A stretch of 64,000 bases of DNA from the IMG/VR virus record IMGVR_UViG_3300032073_000011, positions 1-64,000 of that record; one strand, 5' to 3'. Below are positions 45,917-56,900 of the stretch, piece by piece. Every line of letters starts with the position of its first letter. Position 1 is the stretch's first letter. The position numbers were made by a program, and so were the translations under genes. The notes beneath the pieces were generated by a model. It saw only the letters and a list, made by a program, of their open reading frames with translations, was not told the DNA's origin and ran no database searches. The DNA comes from a virus.

Positions 45917-48900
45917 TTAATATCCACCACCACCACTAGACATACCCCCACCGGTTGACCTACCTCCCGAGGAGTTAGATATTCTACTTGTGTTTATACT
46001 ACTACCTATTCCTCGCCTACCAGTTTGTATATTATCAGTAGGGGTTAGAGTGTAGTTTTCTAACCAACTTAGGTCATCAAAACCTAATTCTTTTAAACCT
46101 TTTATACACAATAAATTATCTGTACTTCCTTTTTTTGTAAAGACTGCCTTAGATGTAAATTTTGTTCTGTTAGTCTGAAAACTATTTGCTAATTTATTGG
46201 TTTCTTTACTAAGTAATGGACTACCTATAAATCTACCTTGATTATTTATATTATAAGAAGTAGCGTAACTAGAAAGTGGTATGGTACTTGAGCCTGAAAA
46301 TAAATTGTCATAATAAGTTGTACCAGATTGTGGTGGTGTGGGCATGGACATCATTCTAGCTGAATTACTAAATAAAGGCCATGGATAACCAGTGTATCCA
46401 CTTGCGGAAGTGGTAAATGTCATTGAGTACACACTCTGCAGTGGGTCACCACTTACAGTAAAACATTTATAAACAAACTTATCTCTATGGAATGCAGAAT
46501 TTTCTACCTTAACACCACTTGTCCAAAGTGTTGTTGTGGGAAGCATCTGCTCAACAATTTTTATCCAATAATCACCTAAAGCTTGTGTATAATCAATCAT
46601 TTTTTGATAGGTGTATTGATTATTTTCACCACAATTTTTGTTTAAATATTCTAAATAAATTTGTTGTAGTGTTGGGTACCCACCTGTCTTACCATCATTT
46701 ATTGTCATTCTATTTTTGGCGTCTATAAAAACTTTCCAAAAATGATTTTTAAATGTTTTAAAATCTAAGGTTTTTGCATTTATCTTTGGATTTGTAGAGT
46801 CCCAAACACCACCTGGTCTAGGGTATGGTGAAGGTAGTGTACCACCACTAAAGAAACAATCCGACTTAACCGATTGTTGCCACACATCGTAAGTTAAACC
46901 TTGGCCTATATTAAGGGATAAATCAACATTTTTTACATTTAATACTAGTTTTTCACTTTGTGTTTGGTAATACGCGTCTCTATTATTGAAAGAGTAGTCT
47001 CTGTACTGTGTTCCTTCTTGTAGTACCCAAGATTTTTTATCATCATTAATTCTGGTAAGTCCAAACCCAAATGACATGTGTGGAAACCTCCTAAATCTAT
47101 CTAGATAAGGTGCTTTTACTAAATTAGAATATTGACCCATCGTCCAAAAACCACCCCATGTAAATTCTGCGTATTTAGTAACAGTATTAGGTGTACACCC
47201 AGTTAGGGTAGAAGCACTTAAATTTAAAACTAAGTCTGATTTATGTTCTTCAGTCATTTCAAACCAACCAGCTCCTCTTTGGAAAAAGTAACTTTCGGTA
47301 AATCTAGGTTTTGTGGGGTATCCCTGTGTGTCTATAGGATAGTCTGATAATACAAATGGATTAAAGGTTGTACCTGTAGAAATATAATATTGGTTAAATG
47401 GTATACTATAATTTAGTGTTTCTGTAGTATAGGACCCACCAGATATTTTTTCCCATTGGTAGTCGAATTTATTTTGTATTTTTTGGTATGATGCAACTTC
47501 TCCAGCTGCTCCTTTAGACCATTCGAATCTCATACCTGGATTCATATTTATAGGAGCTCCAGCTATCACCACATATTCATTAAACTCAACCAAAGCTTCT
47601 GGTGCACCTAACAAAGTGAGTAAAAATTCTATAGATTTTCTAGTTCCTTTTGATTTAAATAGATAGGCTGTATTAAGTAATATTCTTCTATATAATTCAA
47701 TATCTAATTCTGCTGGTGTTTGTGAAACACTGGTACCGGAGTATTCGGGTGTATTAACACCTAAAACACTATCTAAAAATGTTGTGTTATCTAAAGTACT
47801 TGGTGTAGACCAACCTAAAGTTTTTGCGAAATTTTTTATTAACTCATTAGGTATATTATTTTTACCGTCGTAACTTACATTTGTCATATAAGCTATCCCA
47901 TCTACAAATGTTTTTATATTATCAAAACTCCTACCATAAATCTGTAAAGTTTTTTCTATATATTGGTTTGTACCGTCGAATTCTTTTAATTGTGGTGAAG
48001 TTAAAAATCTAGAAACTAGATTGGTTTTTTCTCTATCGATTTCATCACCTAAGTCCGCTAATTTTATTAAATAATTAGTATATCTATCACTATCGATGTC
48101 TATATTTACATTATCTTCTAAAGGCCAAGTTTGTTTTACTTTATCATAATATTTTACACCACTAGTTGTTTCTTTTACTACTTGGAATATTGAGGTATAT
48201 ATTGGTGTGATATCTCTATTAACTAAAAACTTTTCCACATTACCTAGATTTTTAAACTCTTCTTCTGTTTGGTTTTGTGTTGGTCTTATGTAGAATGTTT
48301 CTATTGTTGAGGTTACTATTGTTCCACCAGTCAATGGTAAATTAAATGGGTTACCTTTTACAGTAAATTCTATGTAGTCGGTCGTTGTTGTTTGTGGTTT
48401 AAATTCTTTAATTCTGTATTCTTTTTCACCAATCTGACCACTAAAACTTAAAGCGTATTTTTTAAAATGTTGTGTAATATTTCTAATTGGTGAGACTGTC
48501 CCATCAGCAATCTTTAGTAGGGTATCAGCGGAAACCCCAAAAGTGTTAAAATTATTTAATATTTGTTCTTTACTTATAGCACCGGTTAATAAATCTCCAT
48601 TTGTGGTAAATTCTAAACTAAATGGGTTGGATAGGGTGTTTACGTTGGTTTTAAATGTGGTTTCTTCAGTACTTAAACTATATAAAATATCATAAGCTGT
48701 AGTATTACCTGAAACAAGGTTAATGTTAACCCCATCCACAAATAAGGCTGCGGGAAAAAAATTAACTACGTTTTGTGTGGCTACAGCTAGACGTTTTTTT
48801 AATGACCCATATAAAACAAAACTAGATATTTCACTCATATCATTATTAACAAAAACTTCTAAACTATTACTTGTTAGTTTTTGAGCGAGAGCTAAACTTT

Positions 48901-49108
48901 CATTACTTAAAGACTCTAGGGTTATTGGTGTTGAGAATGTCCCTAAATTATATTCTGGTGTGTTGGGTTGGTTGTATGAAGGTTGTGTGTAAAAATTACC
49001 TAGGGTCATTTGCTGTGAACCCATAAATTGATTTCCAACAAGAAAATCACTAAAGGTATCCCCTCCGTTATTAGGGGCCGGTGGATATCTAAATCGATTA
49101 CTAGCCAT
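45917..49108 (-). CDS. putative baseplate wedge-like protein
   Basis: ELYRRILLN.AYLFKSKGTRKSIEFLL, a KGT motif typical of baseplate/tail-I-like proteins. Gly/Ser tail. Confidence 0.6.
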   Translation of the reverse strand: MASNRFRYPPAPNNGGDTFSDFLVGNQFMGSQQMTLGNFYTQPSYNQPNTPEYNLGTFSTPITLESLSNESLALAQKLTSNSLEVFVNNDMSEISSFVLYGSLKKRLAVATQNVVNFFPAALFVDGVNINLVSGNTTAYDILYSLSTEETTFKTNVNTLSNPFSLEFTTNGDLLTGAISKEQILNNFNTFGVSADTLLKIADGTVSPIRNITQHFKKYALSFSGQIGEKEYRIKEFKPQTTTTDYIEFTVKGNPFNLPLTGGTIVTSTIETFYIRPTQNQTEEEFKNLGNVEKFLVNRDITPIYTSIFQVVKETTSGVKYYDKVKQTWPLEDNVNIDIDSDRYTNYLIKLADLGDEIDREKTNLVSRFLTSPQLKEFDGTNQYIEKTLQIYGRSFDNIKTFVDGIAYMTNVSYDGKNNIPNELIKNFAKTLGWSTPSTLDNTTFLDSVLGVNTPEYSGTSVSQTPAELDIELYRRILLNTAYLFKSKGTRKSIEFLLTLLGAPEALVEFNEYVVIAGAPINMNPGMRFEWSKGAAGEVASYQKIQNKFDYQWEKISGGSYTTETLNYSIPFNQYYISTGTTFNPFVLSDYPIDTQGYPTKPRFTESYFFQRGAGWFEMTEEHKSDLVLNLSASTLTGCTPNTVTKYAEFTWGGFWTMGQYSNLVKAPYLDRFRRFPHMSFGFGLTRINDDKKSWVLQEGTQYRDYSFNNRDAYYQTQSEKLVLNVKNVDLSLNIGQGLTYDVWQQSVKSDCFFSGGTLPSPYPRPGGVWDSTNPKINAKTLDFKTFKNHFWKVFIDAKNRMTINDGKTGGYPTLQQIYLEYLNKNCGENNQYTYQKMIDYTQALGDYWIKIVEQMLPTTTLWTSGVKVENSAFHRDKFVYKCFTVSGDPLQSVYSMTFTTSASGYTGYPWPLFSNSARMMSMPTPPQSGTTYYDNLFSGSSTIPLSSYATSYNINNQGRFIGSPLLSKETNKLANSFQTNRTKFTSKAVFTKKGSTDNLLCIKGLKELGFDDLSWLENYTLTPTDNIQTGRRGIGSSINTSRISNSSGGRSTGGGMSSGGGGY

Positions 49109-49113
49109 AATTA

Positions 49114-50034
49114 CTAAAAGTTAGTTATTGTACCAAACGCTTGACTAAAATCAATATTGTTCCCTCTATTTTCTTTTACTTCGTATAATTGTCCGTTAAA
49201 TTGGTCTCTTACTTCATATAAATCATATTGCATATATATGTTGTTGGTACCAGATAAATCGTAAAGTGTGTAAATTCCATTATCGATAGATTTGGCTTGA
49301 TTTCCATATAATGCGATAGCAAGTGTATCGAAATCATGGTCTACCATTTCTATGTCGAGTACAGTGGGATTAAAGTAAGTGTTAGTGATTATGACTGATT
49401 GTCCGGGTTGTCCTATAAATGGTATAGCATTTGGATTATTAGATGGTGCACTTGTCGGTGTTAAGGTACAGTAAACCAAATTAGTTTTTGCATTTGTATA
49501 TACATATCTAGGTGAGGTTTGATTCGGGTTTGTATTATTTTGTTCTACTGTTGTACAATAAAAATTAGAAGTGACTATTCTATAAAAATTATTAATTTTT
49601 GCTCCACTATCAGCGTCTAAATATTCTATTCTATAACCTACTAAATCCATAGGTGAAAATCTATTTCTAAATTGTGCGGGTATAGTGTTTAAATCGAACA
49701 CCAAACCTTTTACGTTTGGTAGTGATGATAATATACCACAATCTAATATTGTGGTTCTAATTTCTATAGGTCTTATGTAAACAGTATATATCCCTTTATT
49801 AGAAAATACGGCTGAAGGTAATTTTAAATCGTAAAGACCGCCTAGTACCTCTCCTACTGGACCACCTGTTTGTAAACCATTATGTACTATTGGTGTTAGT
49901 ACGGTTGCAGCATTTATTTCGAAAACAGAAACAGCTGAACTTGCGTCTCGGTCTGCCTGTTGGTGTACTATTATTTGTACATCCTCAACTTTTACGTCTG
50001 CTGGTCTTTTAATTCCGTATGCTCCTAATGCCAT
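49114..50034 (-). CDS. putative virion structural protein
   Basis: 306-aa beta-rich ORF in the structural module. Confidence 0.65.
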   Translation of the reverse strand: MALGAYGIKRPADVKVEDVQIIVHQQADRDASSAVSVFEINAATVLTPIVHNGLQTGGPVGEVLGGLYDLKLPSAVFSNKGIYTVYIRPIEIRTTILDCGILSSLPNVKGLVFDLNTIPAQFRNRFSPMDLVGYRIEYLDADSGAKINNFYRIVTSNFYCTTVEQNNTNPNQTSPRYVYTNAKTNLVYCTLTPTSAPSNNPNAIPFIGQPGQSVIITNTYFNPTVLDIEMVDHDFDTLAIALYGNQAKSIDNGIYTLYDLSGTNNIYMQYDLYEVRDQFNGQLYEVKENRGNNIDFSQAFGTITNF

Positions 50035-50037
50035 ATT

Positions 50038-50259
50038 CTATGGTTGTTTTTCTACTTTATAGTAACCGTATCCGTGTAATTCTAAATCACCTATACTATT
50101 TATTTGACCTAGTCTTTGTGGTTTTTCAAATACAGTTATTTTACCCCTTTCAATAAATATATTTGACCTTACTTCTGGTCTTTGGCAAACATTCATGAGT
50201 ACCTCTAATTTTGTTAGTGGTAAAATACATCCTGTTACTTTTACTTCGCTTAATGCCAT
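50038..50259 (-). CDS. small hypothetical protein
   Basis: ORF with its own TATTTAT (50273-50279). Confidence 0.7.
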   Translation of the reverse strand: MALSEVKVTGCILPLTKLEVLMNVCQRPEVRSNIFIERGKITVFEKPQRLGQINSIGDLELHGYGYYKVEKQP

Positions 50260-50288
50260 TACTTATTTTATAATAAATATCATAACAC

Positions 50289-50921
50289 TTATTTCCCTAC
50301 TAATTCTGTTGCTGGAAAATATTTTTTGTAGTCTCTTAGGTAAATTTCGTCGTCGTATTTAAATCCGTTATTTATTCTCTGTATTTGTTTTACCGATGGA
50401 AATTGTAATTTTGTAACCCAGAGACCTTCAATAACCTCTTCTTCTATATTCCAATTAGAAACTATCATATTATTTCTTTTAACATGGGGTGCGTAAGCTA
50501 GACCTACTTTTTCAAAGCTGTAAGGTTCACAATCTTTTATACCCCCCCTATAACAAATTTTATTTAATTCTACATTTTCTCTATTTTGGTAGTATACATC
50601 CATATAAAAATCACATTCTTCTAGTGCTACCCTAGATAAATCTATCAAAGTATCTCTAATTAATTCTAATTTATTATTACCGTCATCTATTAAAATAATA
50701 TCTATATCCCAGCTATTCCAATTTATGTTACCATTAATATAATTAGGAAAAGAACCTGTCAACAACACATCAAATTGGTTAAAATAAGATTTTTTTTCTA
50801 CAATATTTAACCACTTTTCAAATCTTCTAAGTGTGGGTCGGTAGATTTTTTTACTAACTGATATGGGGCCTACTTCAAAGTTAAAAAATCTACCAAATTC
50901 TATTTCTCTTCTTATACTCAT
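50289..50921 (-). CDS. Pol-beta-superfamily nucleotidyltransferase-like protein
   Basis: hG[GS] motif LTGSF, DxD motif WDIDII, third acidic strand YMDVY. Confidence 0.65.
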   Translation of the reverse strand: MSIRREIEFGRFFNFEVGPISVSKKIYRPTLRRFEKWLNIVEKKSYFNQFDVLLTGSFPNYINGNINWNSWDIDIILIDDGNNKLELIRDTLIDLSRVALEECDFYMDVYYQNRENVELNKICYRGGIKDCEPYSFEKVGLAYAPHVKRNNMIVSNWNIEEEVIEGLWVTKLQFPSVKQIQRINNGFKYDDEIYLRDYKKYFPATELVGK

Positions 50922-50922
50922 C

Positions 50923-53900
50923 TTAGGTTGGCATACACTGACATCTATCCCAATCCCATTGATATCCCTCCGGACAACTTTCAGTTTGTATACAAGGTTC
51001 TTCGGTCACCCAATCATCCTCGATAGGTCCTCCAGGTCCAATAACTATTGGTACACAACTACAGTCTGATTGAGACCAAACTTGTCCAATAGGGCACGCC
51101 CAAGTTGGTGGTACACAACAGTCACTAGTTGGTTTTGTTACCCACCCTATACCTAACCAAAACTCACAATCACATGGGTTGTATGTGGTAGGCAGTGTTT
51201 GATAAATCCAAGTACCATCTTTTTTAAGTTTTCCACAACATTCGTTACATGGGGTTACTGGTGGTGGACATGGTGAATTTTGACATGCTTGTAGACTAGT
51301 ATATGGACCACCTGGTACTGGTACACACTCGTGATTACTTGGGTCGAATATTGTTGGTCGGTGTAGACAATCATAGTAAATACTCCCTGAAACTCCACTA
51401 CATGGAAAGGACCCTGAAGGTGTACAACTAACCCAACCATAAATATTTCCATCAGTAAAAGGAACAATAACACCAGCACCGTAATATTCCCAATTTCCAT
51501 CTTGGTTTGTATCATACACAGCACACGGAGATGAATTAGAAAAACCAGGACCTCTAACGGGGTCATCATGGTCAACCCATCCAGAACCAAAATCATTAGG
51601 GTCTACATTAGGTGACATCATACAACAATAACAACAACCGTCATTTGGGTCTACGACACATTGGTTCTGGTAAAAGTGTTGGTATGCTGGTGTTTTCCAC
51701 TGTAAAGGTAGTGTTGCTCCCCAATTAGTAGACATGTAGGTATCACAATTATTACAATCTACCGCACCAGTACTATTATCACATGGAGAACCATCTGTTG
51801 TAACCTTACAATCCATCCACATCGCACCACCACCTATATTTACACCTACATTTAATGATGGTTGATATCCGGATTTACAAATTACTTTAGTTGGTGATGG
51901 ACCTGAGCCTCCTGGACCTGAGCCTCCTGGACCTGAGCCTCCTGGCCCAGCGGGACTTATAGTTCCATCATTCCTTTTAATCTTTGAATGAGGGTCATCG
52001 TCGTCATGTGGGTCGTCTGGCCCAAATGGGTATGGAACACAACAATAACAACAACCATCATCTGGGTCTGTCACACAATCATTCTCTACGTAGGCTGGGT
52101 TAAATGTAGAATACCATATACCTTCATAATCTATAGGTCCTGTTAAGTAACCAGATAGGGTTTGTGCACAATCTTCACAACCTTGTTTACAATTTGCTAT
52201 ACATAATGATAAAGCATTTGGTCCTTGATATTGAGCTGTACCAGTATTATTTTGAATACAGTTACAACTTCCTGGACAATTAACACAATCGTAACCTATA
52301 TCCGGTGGTGTTGTTGAACATTTTGGGTCACATGGCCACCATATTGGTCCTCTATTTTGAATATTTATTTCCGGAGTTACTGGTGTTGGGTCTTGTGTCC
52401 CATTATAATATTTCCCCAGTAAGTGATTCTGGTAGATTTGACTAGGTGAATAACTCATAATATCACTACCAGTAAAATGACAATTATCACAAACTAAGAC
52501 ATAACAACAATCATCATATGGGTCTTTAACTATATCAAATGGAGTATATATAGTTCCTGATAACCAAAGACCTGCAATATTTGATGATGCTAGTGGAAGA
52601 GTTTGTGTGAAACCTATACTATAGGTACCGTTATGGTGAACGTAAGTTGGTGATATAAACGAAGATGGTGGACATTCTGTTGAACAGTCAGTTGATTGAT
52701 TTTCACAACAGTTTGATACTGGTATTCCGTTTTGGCAATCACTAAGGGTAGCGTAGGTCCCAAATCCTGATACGTTAACTACACATTTACATAAACCGTT
52801 ATTACCGGGAACACAATCATATCTACCGGTATGACCAGTATAACAACAATCATTAACTTGAGCTTCACAATCTGCTTGAGTAGGCCAAACACCACTTGCT
52901 GTTTGTACACATTTACAACCACCTGCTTTTGGACCAAAATCAACACATTCCCAATCTTTTGTTACTCCCGTATAACAACAATTATTATTAATTGCTGTTT
53001 GACAATCATGTAACGTTGAGTATGGTCCGGTAGGGTCTATGACACAAGAACAATCTTTAGTACATCTCCACATATCTGGCATTGTTCTTCCTGAACAACA
53101 TGTTGTTGGGTCATTTTCACAATCAAATAAAGCGTTTGGTCCGGTATAACTTCCCATCCCTGCGGGTACAACGACACATTCACATTTAAAATTATTTGCA
53201 CCTACAGGTCCTATAATTGGAATTTTTCTACACTCGTACTCATCATACCTTATTGTACAACAGTTATTAGAGTTATAACATTCTGTTTGAGAACTAAATC
53301 CTGTTATGTCATTTGGTATAAACGTACAGTCACATATTTTTGGGTCACATTTCCAACTACCACAACAAGGGTCGTAATTTAGAGTAGTTTGACAACCTGA
53401 TAAACTATTAAAAGCTCCTGTTGGACCATTAACTTGTACACAGACACAAGGAGTTTGTGTACATCTACATGGGGTCATTTGTATGTCCATACATTTATCT
53501 CTAAGATATGAACCCCAAATTGCATTTATCCCTAAACACACATCATCCCAACTACTTGATAAGCTCAATATTGTACCACTTGGTGATGTTACTCCCGCAC
53601 CAGCTAAACTAGTAATCATAGAACTCCATGTGTTGTAACTTCCAGGTATCCCTATCATAACGCCCACATTTGGGTGTATTACAATTGGTCCGTTTACCTG
53701 ATATAGTGGTGCTGCATTAGGAGTACCTGCAGCATATGTACATGGGTTACTAAATATAGGTCCAGGTCCATAATAAGGGAATTTTATAGTCATGACATCG
53801 GTTGTTTGTAAATAAGGTACACCTGCTGGTGCTCCTATTACTTCCAATAAATCATACTGATTTAATGTTGCTGTAGGAGGAACCACTAAATTACGGTTAG

Positions 53901-56900
53901 AACAACTATCCGTAATGGTTCCTGGTATACAATCATAAGTCTGTTGCATAACACCCGGTACACAATCAGGGTCACATGGTATCCACTGTAAACTTAATGT
54001 TCCACCTCCTGGCCAAACTGGGTTACTTGTATTTAAATCGTTAATATATGCTTGGTAGTAAAAATAAGGTGGTACTGTCCAATCTTGAGATGTATCCCAA
54101 ACATTCACATAACAACAAGATGTATTATCAAAACTAAATGTAACAACATCTCCTATGTTATATACTTGTCCTGATACCCAAGGTAAAGCACCTGTACTCA
54201 TATTAACTGGTGTTGAGCCTAACACCCAAGACATAGTTCCAGTATCATACATTTGATATGTTATAGGACTATTTGTTGTACAGTGATAACATCTACAACA
54301 AGAACCATCAGCACCAAATAAAGTTAGTGATTGAACATAAGTTTCACAATCTAACATATTTGTAAATGGATATGGTGAACATGAAGGGGATACCGGACCA
54401 TTTACGAATTGACAATGACAATCTCCTGCTGGAGGAACACAGTCACCACAAACAAAATTACACTCATCAGTACAAGCTGCGGCGTTTGTTCCAAAGAAAG
54501 TAACACATGGATTTCCATCACTACCCATTGGTGGAGTTCCTATATATGATAAACAACCATCAACTGCATGACAACAATATTCAGTTTGTGGTTCCCTACA
54601 AGTTCTATCACCTGTAACTGTTAATTGTTGTTGAGCACAATCTCCTGGTGAGGTAGAACTTGGTAGTCCTGTACCACAAGATGCTGTACCACCACTACAA
54701 GTCATATCACCCCATGCACAAGCTACAACTGTTGGGTCACCGCACAAATCACAAACACCGGTACCTGGAGGTGCACAATCACAACAGAATCTACATCTTT
54801 CTTCACACTGTGCTTGAGTAGGGAATCCCATTCCCGTAGGTACGTTACCTAGTGTTACCGCAAAAAAGTAATTATTATTTGGGTCCGAAGGTCCACCTGC
54901 GGCTTGTCCTATCGCTTGTGATTGGTATGCACTACCTTGACCTACAAAGTAGGAGCTTGGTTGACATGGTTGTGAACCTGGGGTGTCATACAATCCTGCG
55001 TCCGCACCAGCCCAATCACACCACCATTCTTCTGATAAGTTTTGACATAAACAATTAGTATTTGCCAGTTCACAAGCTGTAGCTGAAGGATATGTAACTG
55101 AAGCTAACGACATTGGTATAAATTGGCAAGTTTGTGCTCCTTGGGAATTACACTCCCAAGTACACCATTCTTGACATCCTGATAAACTAGTAAAAGTTCC
55201 TCCACTACCCATTACTGGGTAACAACCTACACCACCCACACAAGGATTACCCGCCACTGTAGGACAGTTACAACTACTGTCACATTCCCAGGTCATAATA
55301 CTTGTATTTCCCGTACAACAAAATGCAAATCCAGGGTCTATCTGTGATTGACATAGGTCTAGAGACCCATAAGGCCAGGTAGTCAAAACACCGGTCATTT
55401 GAAAAACAATCCCGGGTTGAACTGGTGGCCATGTAAATGGAAATGGTGAATAACCATTAAAATGAATACCTAAGTTACCTGTCCCTGGTGAATATATATC
55501 ATTTAAATAATCTTGCATAACTACACAATTAGAAACATCTACTGGTTCTAATCCTGCTGGTGGTCCTGGGTCTGCACAATAACAGTCTGCTGTACATTGG
55601 TCGATACCCATTCCAATTAATGGTGTACTACAAGTTCCACCCGTATAACAGTTATTTTGTGTTGCCCATATCGAAACGTTTACACCTGGAGGTGGGTCAA
55701 ATATACCACCCACACCACTAGCTGTAGAAGAAGGCAGTGACCCACAACCTGAAGTGCAACCACTAGGGGTACACCACATTGTAGCGGCAGAACTAGGTCC
55801 ATCACAAGGACCACAAGGGTCACCTATAGTTGGTACTGGAGTTGCTGGGTCATAAGCTGGTAGTCTTTCACATGTTTGCCAACAATTTGGTGGTCCGTTT
55901 ACTGTATATGGTCCATCATCTGGGGGACTAGAATCACAATCATAACCTGTACCAGTTATATCTGGTGGACACATACACATGAAACAACATTCAGGTGTAT
56001 TTCCGTCACTATAACTTACAGTCTCAAACATATTATAAGTGTTAGTGTTAGACCATGGCCCTGACCAAGTAAATGCACTAGTAATTGGTATTCCGTTTAC
56101 AGTTAACCAATCTTCACATGCACAATTACAAGTTTCTTCTACAGGTGCACAACAAGTCATACCTGTTGTGTTTAGTGGGTCTGGGTCCGGACATAATGCG
56201 TTAACACAATCTATCATGTCACAGTAAGGTAATCCTGGATTGTCATCAAAACACTGTACAATACCAGTTAATCCATTCATTGAATTTACATAAGCTGGAG
56301 AACAACAATTAACATTTGTTGGGCCAACCTGTAGGTCTAAGTTAGTTTGTGAAATCCAATAACATGGTAGTTGTCCTCCACCACCACCTTGTAGTGCTGG
56401 ACCTGTAGTTGTGTAAGCTGACCAACCATTTAGTCCTGCTTGAATTGGGTCATCTTCACATACTGCTCTACAACATTCTGTTGCGTTACAACATTCTTCA
56501 AAAGAGGTATACCCCGTAGGGTTACCAAATGGGTCTGTCGGGGAACCTGGGGACCAAGTAACTCCAAGTTGTATCATAACATACTCACTTGCGTAGTATG
56601 TACATCCACCTACTTGTTGTCCTATTTGTGCAGGGGGATTTGTATCGTCATATACAAAACAATCAAAACCACCAGGACAAGTACACCCTGTTTGACATTG
56701 TGGTAAATCTGGGAATGTTGGTGGACTACCGAATGGGTTTGGTGGCCAATAAGGACAGGACGCTGCGTTAGTAATTGGGTCTTGGTATATGGTACATGGT
56801 GTAGGATTTGTACAATCACAAACATAACATACGGTAGAACAGGAACAGTTCATTTCACAATCAATGTGCCCCTGTAAATCATATGCGTAACCACAATTTA

